This document shows positions 40,223-50,159 of a stretch of DNA of 64,000 bases, in pieces. Position 1 is the stretch's first letter. The number at the start of each line of letters is the position of its first letter. The notes below the pieces were generated by a model, which worked only from the letters and a program-made list of their open reading frames with translations, was not told the origin of the DNA and did not search any database. A program made the position numbers and the translations under genes. The stretch lies in assembly GCA_945947155.1 (NCBI GenBank), contig CAMEXM010000001.1:4465-68464 (forward strand), given 5' to 3'. The DNA comes from Polynucleobacter meluiroseus (GTDB lineage Bacteria; Pseudomonadota; Gammaproteobacteria; Burkholderiales; Burkholderiaceae).

Positions 40223-41977
40223 CTAAGCTGAGGCGAGTGCTGCCAATGCATCCGCTTGCTCTTCCGGATCAATCGCACTCAGCACAGCGGCTGTTGCTGC
40301 TCCGAGTTGACTCACGTCGGCTTTGAGGATCTCGCGCTTTACCAATAGCAACTGACTGAAGTGCATCGAGAAATCCGTTAAGCCCATACCCAGTAAGAGC
40401 TTAGTTAAGGTTGGGTCACCGGCCATCTCACCGCATACCGCAATCGGAACGCCTGCCTGATTCGCTTGCTTAATAATATTCGCCAGTAGATTGAGGATCG
40501 CAGGATGGTATGGATCATATAAGTGGGCTACTGCATGATCTGCTCGATCAATCGCCAATGTGTACTGAATCAAATCATTCGTACCAATGGATAAAAAATC
40601 AAAGTGCCGAATAAACAAAGGCAATACCAAAGCTGCTGCCGGTATTTCGATCATCGCCCCAATTTGAATATTGGGATTGAACAATTGATCGCGCTGTTGC
40701 AGCTGGGCCTTCGCTTTTTCAAGTAAGCGCAATGTCTCGCTAATTTCTTTTGCATGCGCCAGCATCGGAATCATGATCCGCGCTTGGCCATGTGCAGAGG
40801 CCCGCAAAATAGCCCTCAGCTGGGTCAAGAATATCTCTGGCTCGGTCAGGGACCAACGAATCGCTCGTAATCCCAGTGGGGACGTTCCGGTTTGCGACAA
40901 GTCGCTGCCCGAACCCAAGGCTTTATCGGCACCGACATCAATGGTTCGAATGTTGACTGGTAAACCGTGCATGGTCTCAATTACGCGGCGATATTCTAAA
41001 TACTGCTGCTCTTCACCTGGAAGGGCTTCTTTGCGATTCATAAAGAGAAATTCAGAACGAAATAAGCCAACCCCTACCGCACCAAACTCGACCGCTTGCT
41101 TCGCGTCCTCTGGTAATTCTATGTTGGCTAAAAGTTCAATTTGAACGCCATCGCGCGTTTTGGTATCGGAATGTTTAATTTGCTGTAACTTCTGCGCCTC
41201 AGCAATTTCTGTTTGTTGTAAGGCCCGGTAGTCTGCCAACAAACGATCGCTGGGGGAAACTACCACCACCCCACGGTCGCCATCGAGTACCAGCCAATCA
41301 CCATGACGAATAATCTCGCTAGCATGACGCGCGCCCACAACCGCAGGAATTTCCATGCTACGAGCCACAATCGCGGTATGCGAGGTACGACCACCAAGAT
41401 CGGTAACAAATCCTTTAAATGCATAGTCCTTAAAGCGCAACATATCGTGCGGCGCAATGTCATGCGCCACAATGATGGCATCGACTCCCGTATCGGTCGG
41501 CGCCAAAAAATCGGGCTGGGATAGTCCATCCTTGTGTTGTGAGTGCAGTGCTTTTAGAACCCGCTCCGCCACCTGCCGAATATCGTGGGCACGTTCTTTT
41601 AGATAAGGATCTTCGATTTCTGCAAACTGCTCAAGCAAGTCGTTTAGCTCGGTCGTCAAAGCCCACGCTGCATTGAGACGTTCCGTCCGTATCAATTTCA
41701 ATGGCTTTTCAGCCAACGTAGGGTCAGCCAAAATCATGCTGTGGACATCCAAAAACGCAGCCATTTCTTGTGGCGCATCTTTCGGCAATCCCCCGCGTAA
41801 GGTAGTTAACTCGGATTGAACCTGCTGAAAGGCTGCAAGCAGTCGCTTGGCTTCTACTTCCTCTTGCCCGGGATCAATTAAGTGGTGACTGACTTCGAGC
41901 GCTGCCCTGGAGATCAATACGGCCCGGCCAATGGCAATGCCCTTGGATACCGGAATGCCATGCAATGAAAAGGTCAC
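40223..41977 (-). CDS. ptsI: Phosphoenolpyruvate-protein phosphotransferase (PTS Enzyme I)
   Basis: Phospho-His loop GGRTSHTAIVARSMEIPAVVG and PEP-utilizer motif SIGTNDLIQY. Confidence 0.96.
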   Translation of the reverse strand: MTFSLHGIPVSKGIAIGRAVLISRAALEVSHHLIDPGQEEVEAKRLLAAFQQVQSELTTLRGGLPKDAPQEMAAFLDVHSMILADPTLAEKPLKLIRTERLNAAWALTTELNDLLEQFAEIEDPYLKERAHDIRQVAERVLKALHSQHKDGLSQPDFLAPTDTGVDAIIVAHDIAPHDMLRFKDYAFKGFVTDLGGRTSHTAIVARSMEIPAVVGARHASEIIRHGDWLVLDGDRGVVVVSPSDRLLADYRALQQTEIAEAQKLQQIKHSDTKTRDGVQIELLANIELPEDAKQAVEFGAVGVGLFRSEFLFMNRKEALPGEEQQYLEYRRVIETMHGLPVNIRTIDVGADKALGSGSDLSQTGTSPLGLRAIRWSLTEPEIFLTQLRAILRASAHGQARIMIPMLAHAKEISETLRLLEKAKAQLQQRDQLFNPNIQIGAMIEIPAAALVLPLFIRHFDFLSIGTNDLIQYTLAIDRADHAVAHLYDPYHPAILNLLANIIKQANQAGVPIAVCGEMAGDPTLTKLLLGMGLTDFSMHFSQLLLVKREILKADVSQLGAATAAVLSAIDPEEQADALAALASA

Positions 41978-41980
41978 GGT

Positions 41981-42250
41981 TTATTCGCCCTCACCGAAGC
42001 GATCATTAATCAATGCGGTGATGGCCTTCATCGCCTCTTCTGAATCCGTTCCGATTGTTTCCAAAGTCACCGTGCTACCAATACCTGCAGCCAGCATCAT
42101 CACACCCATAATGCTCTTGGCATTAATTTGACGGCTACCTTTACTCAGCAATACTTCGCACTGGTACTGGGCAGCGAGTTGTGACAGCTTAGCCGATGCT
42201 CTGGCATGAAGCCCGAGTTTATTGATGATGGTGATTTCAGCGACTGGCAT
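41981..42250 (-). CDS. ptsH: Phosphocarrier protein HPr
   Basis: 89 aa. His15 context NKLGLHARASAKL and Ser46 context INAKSIMGVMML. Confidence 0.95.
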   Translation of the reverse strand: MPVAEITIINKLGLHARASAKLSQLAAQYQCEVLLSKGSRQINAKSIMGVMMLAAGIGSTVTLETIGTDSEEAMKAITALINDRFGEGE

Positions 42251-42252
42251 GA

Positions 42253-42693
42253 CTAATCCTGTTTCTCGGTAGTTTGTACGTTGGCGATGCCGCCTAAACG
42301 CAAGATACCATTTTGACCGCCCTGCAGTGTTTTTTGCGTCAAAGCATCTAATGCATCATCTTTATAGGACACTGCGCGCATAAGCATGGGTAGATTCAGT
42401 CCCGCTAAAATTTGGACTTTTAATTTCATGCCCGCGCTACTTTGCTGCGTCACCAACCGCGAGGCAACGTTCGCTGGGGTTGCGCCCATTACATCCGTCA
42501 AGACCAGCAACTCGCCATGCGTTTCAACCGCTTTGGCAGCAACCAATACCCGCTCGAAACTGATTTTGGCATCCTCGTGTGCCGGGATATCAACAGCCTG
42601 AATGTGCTCTGGTATCGAGCCATATACATGCTCGGCAAAGCTCAGCATGGCGCTCGCTATCGGGGTATGGGCAATGATTAGAATTCCGGCCAT
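42253..42693 (-). CDS. PTS EIIA component, mannose/fructose family (stand-alone)
   Basis: N-terminal GILIIAHTPIASA (His10-type phosphorylation site) and an EIIA-Man fold, 146 aa. No EIIB, EIIC or EIID gene is nearby. Confidence 0.88.
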   Translation of the reverse strand: MAGILIIAHTPIASAMLSFAEHVYGSIPEHIQAVDIPAHEDAKISFERVLVAAKAVETHGELLVLTDVMGATPANVASRLVTQQSSAGMKLKVQILAGLNLPMLMRAVSYKDDALDALTQKTLQGGQNGILRLGGIANVQTTEKQD

Positions 42694-42694
42694 A

Positions 42695-43636
42695 TTAGTG
42701 CAAAGCTTTTTCTAAAGCGCGCAGCCAAATGGTAGCGACATCGCAATCGGTCTGCTCCGTAATTTCCACAAAACACGTTGGGCTGGTCACATTAATTTCC
42801 GTTAGGTAGCCACCAATTAAGTCTAAGCCTACCAAGAAAAGTCCTTTTTGCCAAAGCAGTGGCGCCAAATATTGAGCAACCTTCATTTCCTGGGGGCTCA
42901 AAGGCATCGCCACGCCCTTGCCACCAGCCGCTAAGTTACCGCGAATCTCTGTTCCTTGCGGAATGCGCGCTAAAGCATAGGGGACCACTTCACCGGCGAT
43001 AAGCAAAACCCGTTTATCGCCCTGTGCAATCTCGGGTAAGAAGCGTTGCACCATTAATGTACGCGCTCCATTTTCGCCGAGGGTTTCAACAATGCTAGCT
43101 AAATTGAGGCCATCACGTCCCACTCGAAATACCCCCATGCCACCCATCCCATCGAGGGGTTTAATCACAATATCTAAGTGCCTTGCATGAAATGCCTCCA
43201 CCTCCGCAAGATCTCGCGTGACTAAGGTGGGAGGGATCAAGTCAGGGTACTCGGTAATGGAGAGTTTCTCTGAATGCTCCCGAATCGCATCAGGCTGATT
43301 AAACACCCGTGCCCCCTCACGAACAGCAGCGGAGAGCAGCCAGGTGGTGTTGAGGTATTCGATATCAAACGGAGGATCTTTGCGCATCAACACCGCAGAA
43401 AAATCGGCCACTCGGCAGGGCTTGATTTCGCCCACTTCAAACCAGGATGTACTGCTAGGCTTAATCGCCAGCGGTCTGCAGTCGGCTACTACGCTGTTGT
43501 CTTTCCAAACAATGCCGCGCGTTTCCACAAACCACAAGCGATACCCCGCAGCTTGAGCAGCGCGCATCATTGCCAGCGTTGAGTCCTTCTGTATCGCAAA
43601 GGAATCCAAGGGATCGGCAATGAATAAAAAATCCAA
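42695..43636 (-). CDS. gshB: Glutathione synthetase (ATP-grasp)
   Basis: FIADPLDSFAIQKDSTLAMM N-domain plus ATP-grasp (IKPLDGMGGMGVFR). Confidence 0.95.
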   Translation of the reverse strand: MDFLFIADPLDSFAIQKDSTLAMMRAAQAAGYRLWFVETRGIVWKDNSVVADCRPLAIKPSSTSWFEVGEIKPCRVADFSAVLMRKDPPFDIEYLNTTWLLSAAVREGARVFNQPDAIREHSEKLSITEYPDLIPPTLVTRDLAEVEAFHARHLDIVIKPLDGMGGMGVFRVGRDGLNLASIVETLGENGARTLMVQRFLPEIAQGDKRVLLIAGEVVPYALARIPQGTEIRGNLAAGGKGVAMPLSPQEMKVAQYLAPLLWQKGLFLVGLDLIGGYLTEINVTSPTCFVEITEQTDCDVATIWLRALEKALH

Positions 43637-43658
43637 GGGAATGTCTCGGTAGCTTTAC

Positions 43659-44957
43659 TTACGCCACTTCTGCGTTAGGGTCAGTGCGCTCTAACTCGAG
43701 CGATGAGGCCAACAAAGCAAGGCGGGCTACTACACCATATAAATAGAATCGATTGGGAGCAGCGCTGCCGGGTTTTGCGTGGTAATCCGGCATCGCATTT
43801 TGCTCAAATGCCAAGGGTACAAAATGCATACCCGGTGCGTTGAGATTCTCATCGGGACCGCGGTCTGTATGAACGCGATAAAAGCCGCCAACGACATAGC
43901 GATCAATCATATAGACCACGGGCTCGGCAACTGCTTCATTGACTTTTTCGAAGGTATACACGCCCTCCTGAATAATCACATCACTTACCTCAAGGCCCTC
44001 TTTAACAACACTCATCTTATTGCGATCACGGCGATTGAGGTTTTTAAGCTGGCTTGCATCGTTCACGACCATCACGCCCATGCCATAGGTTCCAGCATCG
44101 GCTTTGACTACGACATACGGCTTTTCTTTTATGCCATATTCACGGTATTTTTTAGCGGTCTTTTTTAACACTTGCTCTACTGCTACTTGTAATTCTTCTT
44201 CGCCCTGACGCTCATGGAAGTTGACATTACTGCAGCTAGTGAAGTATGGATTGATCATCCATGGATCAATGTTAACTAGCTTGGCAAACTTCTTAGCCAC
44301 CTCATCGTAAGCCTCAAAGTGATTCGACTTACGACGAATATGCCAACCGGCATGCAATCCCGGCAATAAGTATTGCTCGTAGATGTTTTCTAGTATGGGC
44401 GGAATGCCTGCAGATAAATCGTTATTCAGCAAAATAGAGCAAGGATCAAAATCCTTAATGCCAAGGCGTTGCTTTTTTAAACCCAATCGCGCGAGTGGCT
44501 CAAGCAGTAAGCGATTGCCATCTGGCAAATCAATCCAAGTTGGTTTCTTAATGTCTTCGGACAAACTGCCAAGGCGCACATTCAGGCCAGCTTGACGCAG
44601 AATCGAAGAAAGACGCGCAATGTTCTGCAGATAAAACGTATTCCGAGTATGGCGCTCCGGTATCAAGAGCAAATTTTTTGCTTCGGGGCAAATCTTCTCA
44701 ATCGCAGCCATCGCTGCTTGCACTGCAAGGGGCAGCATTTCTGGGGAGAGGTTATTAAAACCACCCGGAAATAAATTGGTATCAACTGGTGCTAGCTTAA
44801 AACCCGAGTTCCGTAAATCAACCGAGCAATAAAAAGGAGGGGTATGCTCTTGCCATTCCAAGCGAAACCAACGCTCGATAGCAGGAGTTGCTTCAAGTGC
44901 CTTGGTCTCGACTTCGAGCAAGGGGCCGCTTAGGGCGGTAATGAGATGTGGAACCAT
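43659..44957 (-). CDS. gshA: Glutamate-cysteine ligase (betaproteobacterial ~430-aa type)
   Basis: 432 aa, immediately upstream of gshB as in Ralstonia and Burkholderia. The sequence is ATP-grasp-like (VVKADAGTYGMGV). Confidence 0.85.
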   Translation of the reverse strand: MVPHLITALSGPLLEVETKALEATPAIERWFRLEWQEHTPPFYCSVDLRNSGFKLAPVDTNLFPGGFNNLSPEMLPLAVQAAMAAIEKICPEAKNLLLIPERHTRNTFYLQNIARLSSILRQAGLNVRLGSLSEDIKKPTWIDLPDGNRLLLEPLARLGLKKQRLGIKDFDPCSILLNNDLSAGIPPILENIYEQYLLPGLHAGWHIRRKSNHFEAYDEVAKKFAKLVNIDPWMINPYFTSCSNVNFHERQGEEELQVAVEQVLKKTAKKYREYGIKEKPYVVVKADAGTYGMGVMVVNDASQLKNLNRRDRNKMSVVKEGLEVSDVIIQEGVYTFEKVNEAVAEPVVYMIDRYVVGGFYRVHTDRGPDENLNAPGMHFVPLAFEQNAMPDYHAKPGSAAPNRFYLYGVVARLALLASSLELERTDPNAEVA

Positions 44958-45008
44958 CTCACCATTGTAAGTTTTTTTATAAAAAAGGCATTGGATCCGG
45001 CGAACCCA

Positions 45009-45045
45009 ATAAAAAGGCTAAATAGGCCACTGGGGCCTATTTAGC
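45009..45045 (-). terminator. Rho-independent terminator after amtB
   Basis: 12-bp perfect stem GCTAAATAGGCC / GGCCTATTTAGC with a 5-nt loop. On the minus strand it is followed by CTTTTTATT. Confidence 0.8.
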
Positions 45046-45062
45046 TTCGACAATCCGCCTAA

Positions 45063-46514
45063 TTAGGATTCGTAGGCTGTTTCACCGTGGGAAGCAATAT
45101 CCAAGCCTTCGCGCTCTTCTTCTTCCTTCACACGCAATCCAATCACCATATCGACCAGTTTGAATGCAACGACCGAGACGACGCCAGACCAAATTACAGT
45201 AGTAATGACGCCCTGGGCTTGCAGCCAAACTTGGGTGACCATGGAATACTCGGCTGCTGCAGCGTTCGCAACATAATCCCAGATTCCGGAGCCGCCCAAT
45301 GCAGGATCAGCAAACACACCGGTCAAAATCGCGCCAATGATGCCGCCAACGCCATGAACGCCAAACACGTCCAAACTATCGTCTGCACCCAGCATGCGCT
45401 TCAGACCCGATACACCCCACAAGCAAACCACGCCGGCAATAAAGCCAATCACGATCGCGCCCATTGGGCCAACAAAGCCAGCTGCAGGCGTAATGGCAAC
45501 TAAACCTGCAACGCAACCCGATGCACCGCCCAACATAGAAGGTTTGCCTTTGGTAATCCACTCAGCCAGTGTCCAACCCAATACAGCAGCCGCAGTCGTT
45601 ACTAAAGTATTGAAGAAAGCCAAAGCAGCTGTTCCGTTTGCTTCCAGTGCCGAACCGGCATTGAATCCAAACCAACCAAACCACAAGAGCGATGCACCAA
45701 TCATGGTGTAAACCAAGTTGTGGGGCTTCATTGCTTCTTTACCAAAGCCAATTCGCTTGCCAACCATATAAGAGCCGACTAAACCCGCAACTGCCGCATT
45801 GATATGAACCACGGTGCCGCCAGCAAAGTCAAGAACACCCTTCTGCCATAACCAACCTGCTTTTGCAGTAATGGCCTCAAGCGATGCCGCATCTTTGATG
45901 TCGTCCGGACCGGGCCAGAACCACACCATATGGGCTATCGGTAAATAGGCAAAGGTAAACCACAGAATCGTAAAGACCAGGATCGCGGAAAACTTAGCAC
46001 GCTCTGCAAAGGCACCGACGATTAAGCAGCAGGTAATAGTTGCAAACGCAGCCTGAAATCCAATGAAGGTAAATTCAGGAATTACAACACCCTTACTAAA
46101 GGTTGCAGCCACACTATCCGGGGTTACCCCACCCAAGAACAATCGATCTAGCCCACCGATGAATGCACTGCCCTCTGTAAATGCAAAGCTATAACCATAA
46201 ATGGTCCATAACACTGCAATCAGTGAGAACACCACCATGCACTGCACCAAGATCGACAGTACGTTTTTACTCCGTGTTAAGCCACCATAAAACAAGGCAA
46301 GGCCAGGCAGTGTCATCAGCACAACCATTGCTGTACACACCAAAATCCAGGCGGTATCGCCTTTATTGGCCACTGCTGCAACAGCAGCCGCAGCTGCAGG
46401 CGCTGCAGCAGCTGCATCTGCCGCATAGGCTGGTGCTACCGCCATCATGCCGGTTGCGCCTAAGGCCAAAGCCACAGCGCTACCTGCAACGAGTTGTTTA
46501 ATCCAAGTAAGCAT
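45063..46514 (-). CDS. amtB: Ammonium transporter AmtB (with cleavable signal peptide)
   Basis: Amt/MEP signatures (DFAGGTVVHINAAVAGL, LDVFGVHGVGGIIG). The start is set at ATG 46514 (MLTWIKQLVAGSAVALA), 13 nt after the glnK stop; the ORF-track start overlaps glnK. Confidence 0.96.
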   Translation of the reverse strand: MLTWIKQLVAGSAVALALGATGMMAVAPAYAADAAAAAPAAAAAVAAVANKGDTAWILVCTAMVVLMTLPGLALFYGGLTRSKNVLSILVQCMVVFSLIAVLWTIYGYSFAFTEGSAFIGGLDRLFLGGVTPDSVAATFSKGVVIPEFTFIGFQAAFATITCCLIVGAFAERAKFSAILVFTILWFTFAYLPIAHMVWFWPGPDDIKDAASLEAITAKAGWLWQKGVLDFAGGTVVHINAAVAGLVGSYMVGKRIGFGKEAMKPHNLVYTMIGASLLWFGWFGFNAGSALEANGTAALAFFNTLVTTAAAVLGWTLAEWITKGKPSMLGGASGCVAGLVAITPAAGFVGPMGAIVIGFIAGVVCLWGVSGLKRMLGADDSLDVFGVHGVGGIIGAILTGVFADPALGGSGIWDYVANAAAAEYSMVTQVWLQAQGVITTVIWSGVVSVVAFKLVDMVIGLRVKEEEEREGLDIASHGETAYES

Positions 46515-46527
46515 GTTGAACCTCTCT

Positions 46528-46887
<360 letters not shown>

Positions 46888-46890
46888 TTA

Positions 46891-47685
46891 TTAGAAAGTC
46901 TTGGTAAGCGAAACAATGCCAGTGGCGCCCCCTAAATTTTTACCGTTGTATGACCAATACTGTGCTTTAGCATTTGTATCAACATAAGCAGCGGATAAAG
47001 AAAGGCCCGCACCAAAGTCTTTAGTTACACCAAGCTTCCAATCGGTATAACTTAGATTATTTGAGTTAGAAACCCCATTCACTGAGCCTGCAATGGATTG
47101 ATAACCAACGTGGCCATTAAGGGCCAAACCCCAAAAGCCAGTGTCATAGTTCACGGTCAAGTCTGGATAAAAAGAACCAGTACTTTGTGAAATACCAAAT
47201 AGTGTGGTCACCGCATAAGAAACCTTAGCAAACCCAGTTAGAGAGCCAAATGTAAAATTTTGTGCCGCATAAAGTTCAGTTGTATTAGGGCTTGTTGCAA
47301 TAGTAGGCCCGCCCTTCATTGGGTAATAGTATTGGAGTACGCCAAAATCTGAAGCGAATCCCGGTGCAATTAACTCTTTCTTAAAGCCAGCATAAAAATC
47401 CATTTCAATGGGCGCTGAAACGCCTTTATTAAAGTCGCTAATCCACGAAATCGATGAGTTCCAGTTGCCGATATAAAACCCGCTCTCATGGACATAATCA
47501 AATCCACCTTGAATAGCTGGCAAAAAGTTTGATTGGGAAATGCCGCGATAACGATACTCATTGACTACGGTAACGTTAGCAGTGACGGGGCTTGCCTCTG
47601 GTGCTGGCGTAGCTTGTGCAAATGCTGCTGGGGCAAAGAGTCCAGAGATTGCAGCAGCAATCGCGGTTTTTTGTAGTGTGTTCAT
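46891..47685 (-). CDS. TorF-family putative outer-membrane porin (TIGR02001-type)
   Basis: Signal peptide, alternating beta-strand pattern (NEYRYRGISQS, GFYIGNWNSS) and a C-terminal F. This family commonly precedes glnK-amtB. Confidence 0.8.
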   Translation of the reverse strand: MNTLQKTAIAAAISGLFAPAAFAQATPAPEASPVTANVTVVNEYRYRGISQSNFLPAIQGGFDYVHESGFYIGNWNSSISWISDFNKGVSAPIEMDFYAGFKKELIAPGFASDFGVLQYYYPMKGGPTIATSPNTTELYAAQNFTFGSLTGFAKVSYAVTTLFGISQSTGSFYPDLTVNYDTGFWGLALNGHVGYQSIAGSVNGVSNSNNLSYTDWKLGVTKDFGAGLSLSAAYVDTNAKAQYWSYNGKNLGGATGIVSLTKTF

Positions 47686-47972
47686 GGAATACTCCTGTTT
47701 GAGGTTAAAAAGTGATTTCTAAAATGTTTCGATCGCTTAAACCCATTGATTGCGATTCATGGATCCCATAGTGATCTGTGTACTCGTTTCCGAAACCGGT
47801 CTTTTCCCTCTTTTAAGGCATATGCACCAAAATAGAGCATTAAACAGCACTACTTTGGGTCAAATATCATTTTTATGGGCAATTTGCCCTCATTTTTTAG
47901 GTCTTCGCGGCCCCTGAATTTCTAGGAACTCCTAAAATGAGGCATCTATTCATCCTAAAACGGACGCCATTC

Positions 47973-48233
47973 ATGCAAAAGCCAGCCCAAATCCTCGAGC
48001 AAATTCAGCGCATCGCTGAGGAAATGCAAAGCAAAGTGGGTGACGCCATTCGCAATTCACCTGCACAAGAGATTGAGAAGAATGTGCGCGCCATGATGAA
48101 TCAAGGCTTTCAGAAGATGGATTTGGTAACGCGCGATGAATTTGAATTACAAGCTAAAGTACTTTCGAAGACGCGTGAGAAATTAGAGGCGCTCGAGTTG
48201 AAGGTAGCCGAAATGGAAAAGCACCGTGTCTAA
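47973..48233 (+). CDS. ubiK: Ubiquinone biosynthesis accessory factor UbiK (BMFP coiled-coil family)
   Basis: MQKPAQILEQIQ...DLVTRDEFELQAKVLSKTREKLEALE is a typical BMFP sequence. ATG 47973 is preferred over 47937. Confidence 0.85.
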   Translation: MQKPAQILEQIQRIAEEMQSKVGDAIRNSPAQEIEKNVRAMMNQGFQKMDLVTRDEFELQAKVLSKTREKLEALELKVAEMEKHRV

Positions 48234-49543
48234 TCGCGGGACGCATCCGCGCTGATGGTTGCCGGAAAGTATTTCGGTGACAGCAAGAACCAAGTAAATG
48301 CGATTGCTTGTGCAATCAAAAAGACGCCCAGCGCTGCATCAAATGCACTTGCTTGCGACCAACCCGCAGCAATTCCTAAATCGACTAAATAGCCGATACC
48401 CCACTGCACAATAAATGCGCCTACAAACAGGGACAAGTTGTACGTGGTGCTCACACGCCCTGAGTAGGCCATTGGAAAATAAGTCACGATTAAACTTTGC
48501 GCCAGCACATAGGAGGCGCATGCAACTGCCATCAAATACCACCACACCCACACCCACGGACCACGCCAATAAAATGCACAGGCTTGCAGCACGATTGAAG
48601 CGCCAACCATCCACGTCATATAGCGCATGGTATCAATACCAATGCCGGCTAGTTTAGGCAAGATCCATGCATTCATTAAATAAGCGCAGAGCAATACCGC
48701 ATTAAAACCAAATAAGATTTGAGCTGCTGTTGTTGCGCTGTAGTCCATCACTTGAATTAACCACGGACCAAACCACAGGGTTTGAATCGCAATAAATCCA
48801 CCATAGCAAAAAATACCGAGCGGCAGAATCCGCCAAAAAAAAGCGTTCGTCAAAATCAGTCGATAGCTGCTCCAAGAGAGGCTCGCTTTCTCATCCGAAT
48901 GAATTTCATCGCTTAGGTAGTCTTGCTGCATTCGGGCTTTGATTGGTAAACCGATATACAAAATTAAAATGGCAATAGCAGACAAAGCGGCCATCACAAC
49001 AAATACACCCCGCCATCCGATAAAGGGAAGTACTTCGTGTACTGGCCAGCTCGTCATTAAGGCGCCAAATGTACCAAACACCAACATGGCCGAGACCAAC
49101 TGCGGCTGCTGCTCTGATGGAAACCACGTTCGAAAAGCCGAGAAGGCCGACATCAAACAAGCTGAAACACCGATTCCAATGCACACCCGTCCAATCACTA
49201 GGGTCACAAATTGATCAGCGAAAGCAAAAATCAGGGCGCCAATAATGGCAAAGCTCATTAATGCCATCTCGGTCGCACGTGGACCAAATCGATCGAGGGC
49301 TAATCCCACTGGGATTTGCGTCATACCAAAGCCAATAAAGTAGGCTGAAGACAAAAACCCCAATTCGGTATGGCTCAAATGCAAGTCACGAATGAGCTCG
49401 GGGGAAATAACGGCATTGATGGAACGGAAGGCATACGAAATGATGTAAGCCAAAGCAAAGGTGATGAATACACGCAATGCATAGCGGCCCTGCAGTGGCA
49501 GCTGTATCACCTGGTGCGGACGGCGATACCAATGCAAATTCAT
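48230..49543 (-). CDS. MFS transporter, substrate unknown
   Basis: About 12 TM segments and MFS motif A-like GLALDRFGPR. Confidence 0.85.
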   Translation of the reverse strand: MNLHWYRRPHQVIQLPLQGRYALRVFITFALAYIISYAFRSINAVISPELIRDLHLSHTELGFLSSAYFIGFGMTQIPVGLALDRFGPRATEMALMSFAIIGALIFAFADQFVTLVIGRVCIGIGVSACLMSAFSAFRTWFPSEQQPQLVSAMLVFGTFGALMTSWPVHEVLPFIGWRGVFVVMAALSAIAILILYIGLPIKARMQQDYLSDEIHSDEKASLSWSSYRLILTNAFFWRILPLGIFCYGGFIAIQTLWFGPWLIQVMDYSATTAAQILFGFNAVLLCAYLMNAWILPKLAGIGIDTMRYMTWMVGASIVLQACAFYWRGPWVWVWWYLMAVACASYVLAQSLIVTYFPMAYSGRVSTTYNLSLFVGAFIVQWGIGYLVDLGIAAGWSQASAFDAALGVFLIAQAIAFTWFLLSPKYFPATISADASRD

Positions 49544-50152
49544 TTATTGCACACGGAATTCATCAAAAAATGGATCCCACTTTTCTGCAGTGAGCTCAGA
49601 CTGAAACACCTTCGCATTCGCTGGCGCCAAAATCAACAGGGATTGCTGATAGATGCGACTGCCACCCTCACCATCAGGCCGCATAATCCAGCGTACACGC
49701 ATCCAACGCTTGCCACTCGGATTCTGGACTTCAAATAAATAGTCCTCGGCAAGCCCTTTGCTGCGGCCTGGTCCGGCGATTAAATACTGCGATGGGCGTT
49801 TGATTGGCGGAGTTTGCACTGCATTGGCTGACTGCAGGATGGCTTTTTGCACCTGCTCCAACAAAGCGTCTGCTTGGGCATTGATGCTCGATGGCACCGC
49901 AATCGTGGTGATCGACATGATCACATCATCAATCTGCACGACTTCCAGTGTTTGCTGTAATTCAAGTCCTGCATAGGGCAGAGTCCGCTGCGCTTGCTTT
50001 GGCTTTTCAGGGAACAGCGCGGAATATCCCAGGCGCTCAGTATTAATGGTGCGCCAATCTAACTTAGGACTACAGCCCAAAATAACTGCGCTCACCACGA
50101 CGATTCCCACTGCTTTTACAGAGCCTACCGATTGCATCGGTAGGCTGAACAT
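49544..50152 (-). CDS. Hypothetical lipoprotein
   Basis: Signal peptide with lipobox VILGC. The start is trimmed to ATG 50152, 7 nt after the lipA stop. Its stop directly abuts the MFS start codon. Confidence 0.6.
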   Translation of the reverse strand: MFSLPMQSVGSVKAVGIVVVSAVILGCSPKLDWRTINTERLGYSALFPEKPKQAQRTLPYAGLELQQTLEVVQIDDVIMSITTIAVPSSINAQADALLEQVQKAILQSANAVQTPPIKRPSQYLIAGPGRSKGLAEDYLFEVQNPSGKRWMRVRWIMRPDGEGGSRIYQQSLLILAPANAKVFQSELTAEKWDPFFDEFRVQ

Positions 50153-50159
50153 CCCAAGA

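Noticed and set aside
46368-46424. Ala-rich low-complexity tract (AADAAAAAPAAAAAVAAVA) encoded by a GCN-rich repeat near the amtB 5' end.
   Set aside because: It sits just after the predicted signal-peptide cleavage site (AYA|AD) and is probably a flexible linker. It is not a tandem DNA repeat with clear unit structure.
47751-47768. Possible sigma-54 promoter TGGGATCCATGAATCGCA on the minus strand upstream of the porin gene.
   Set aside because: The GG-to-GC spacing is 12-13 nt rather than the required 11 (GG-N10-GC), and the flanking bases do not match TGGCAC/TTGCA.
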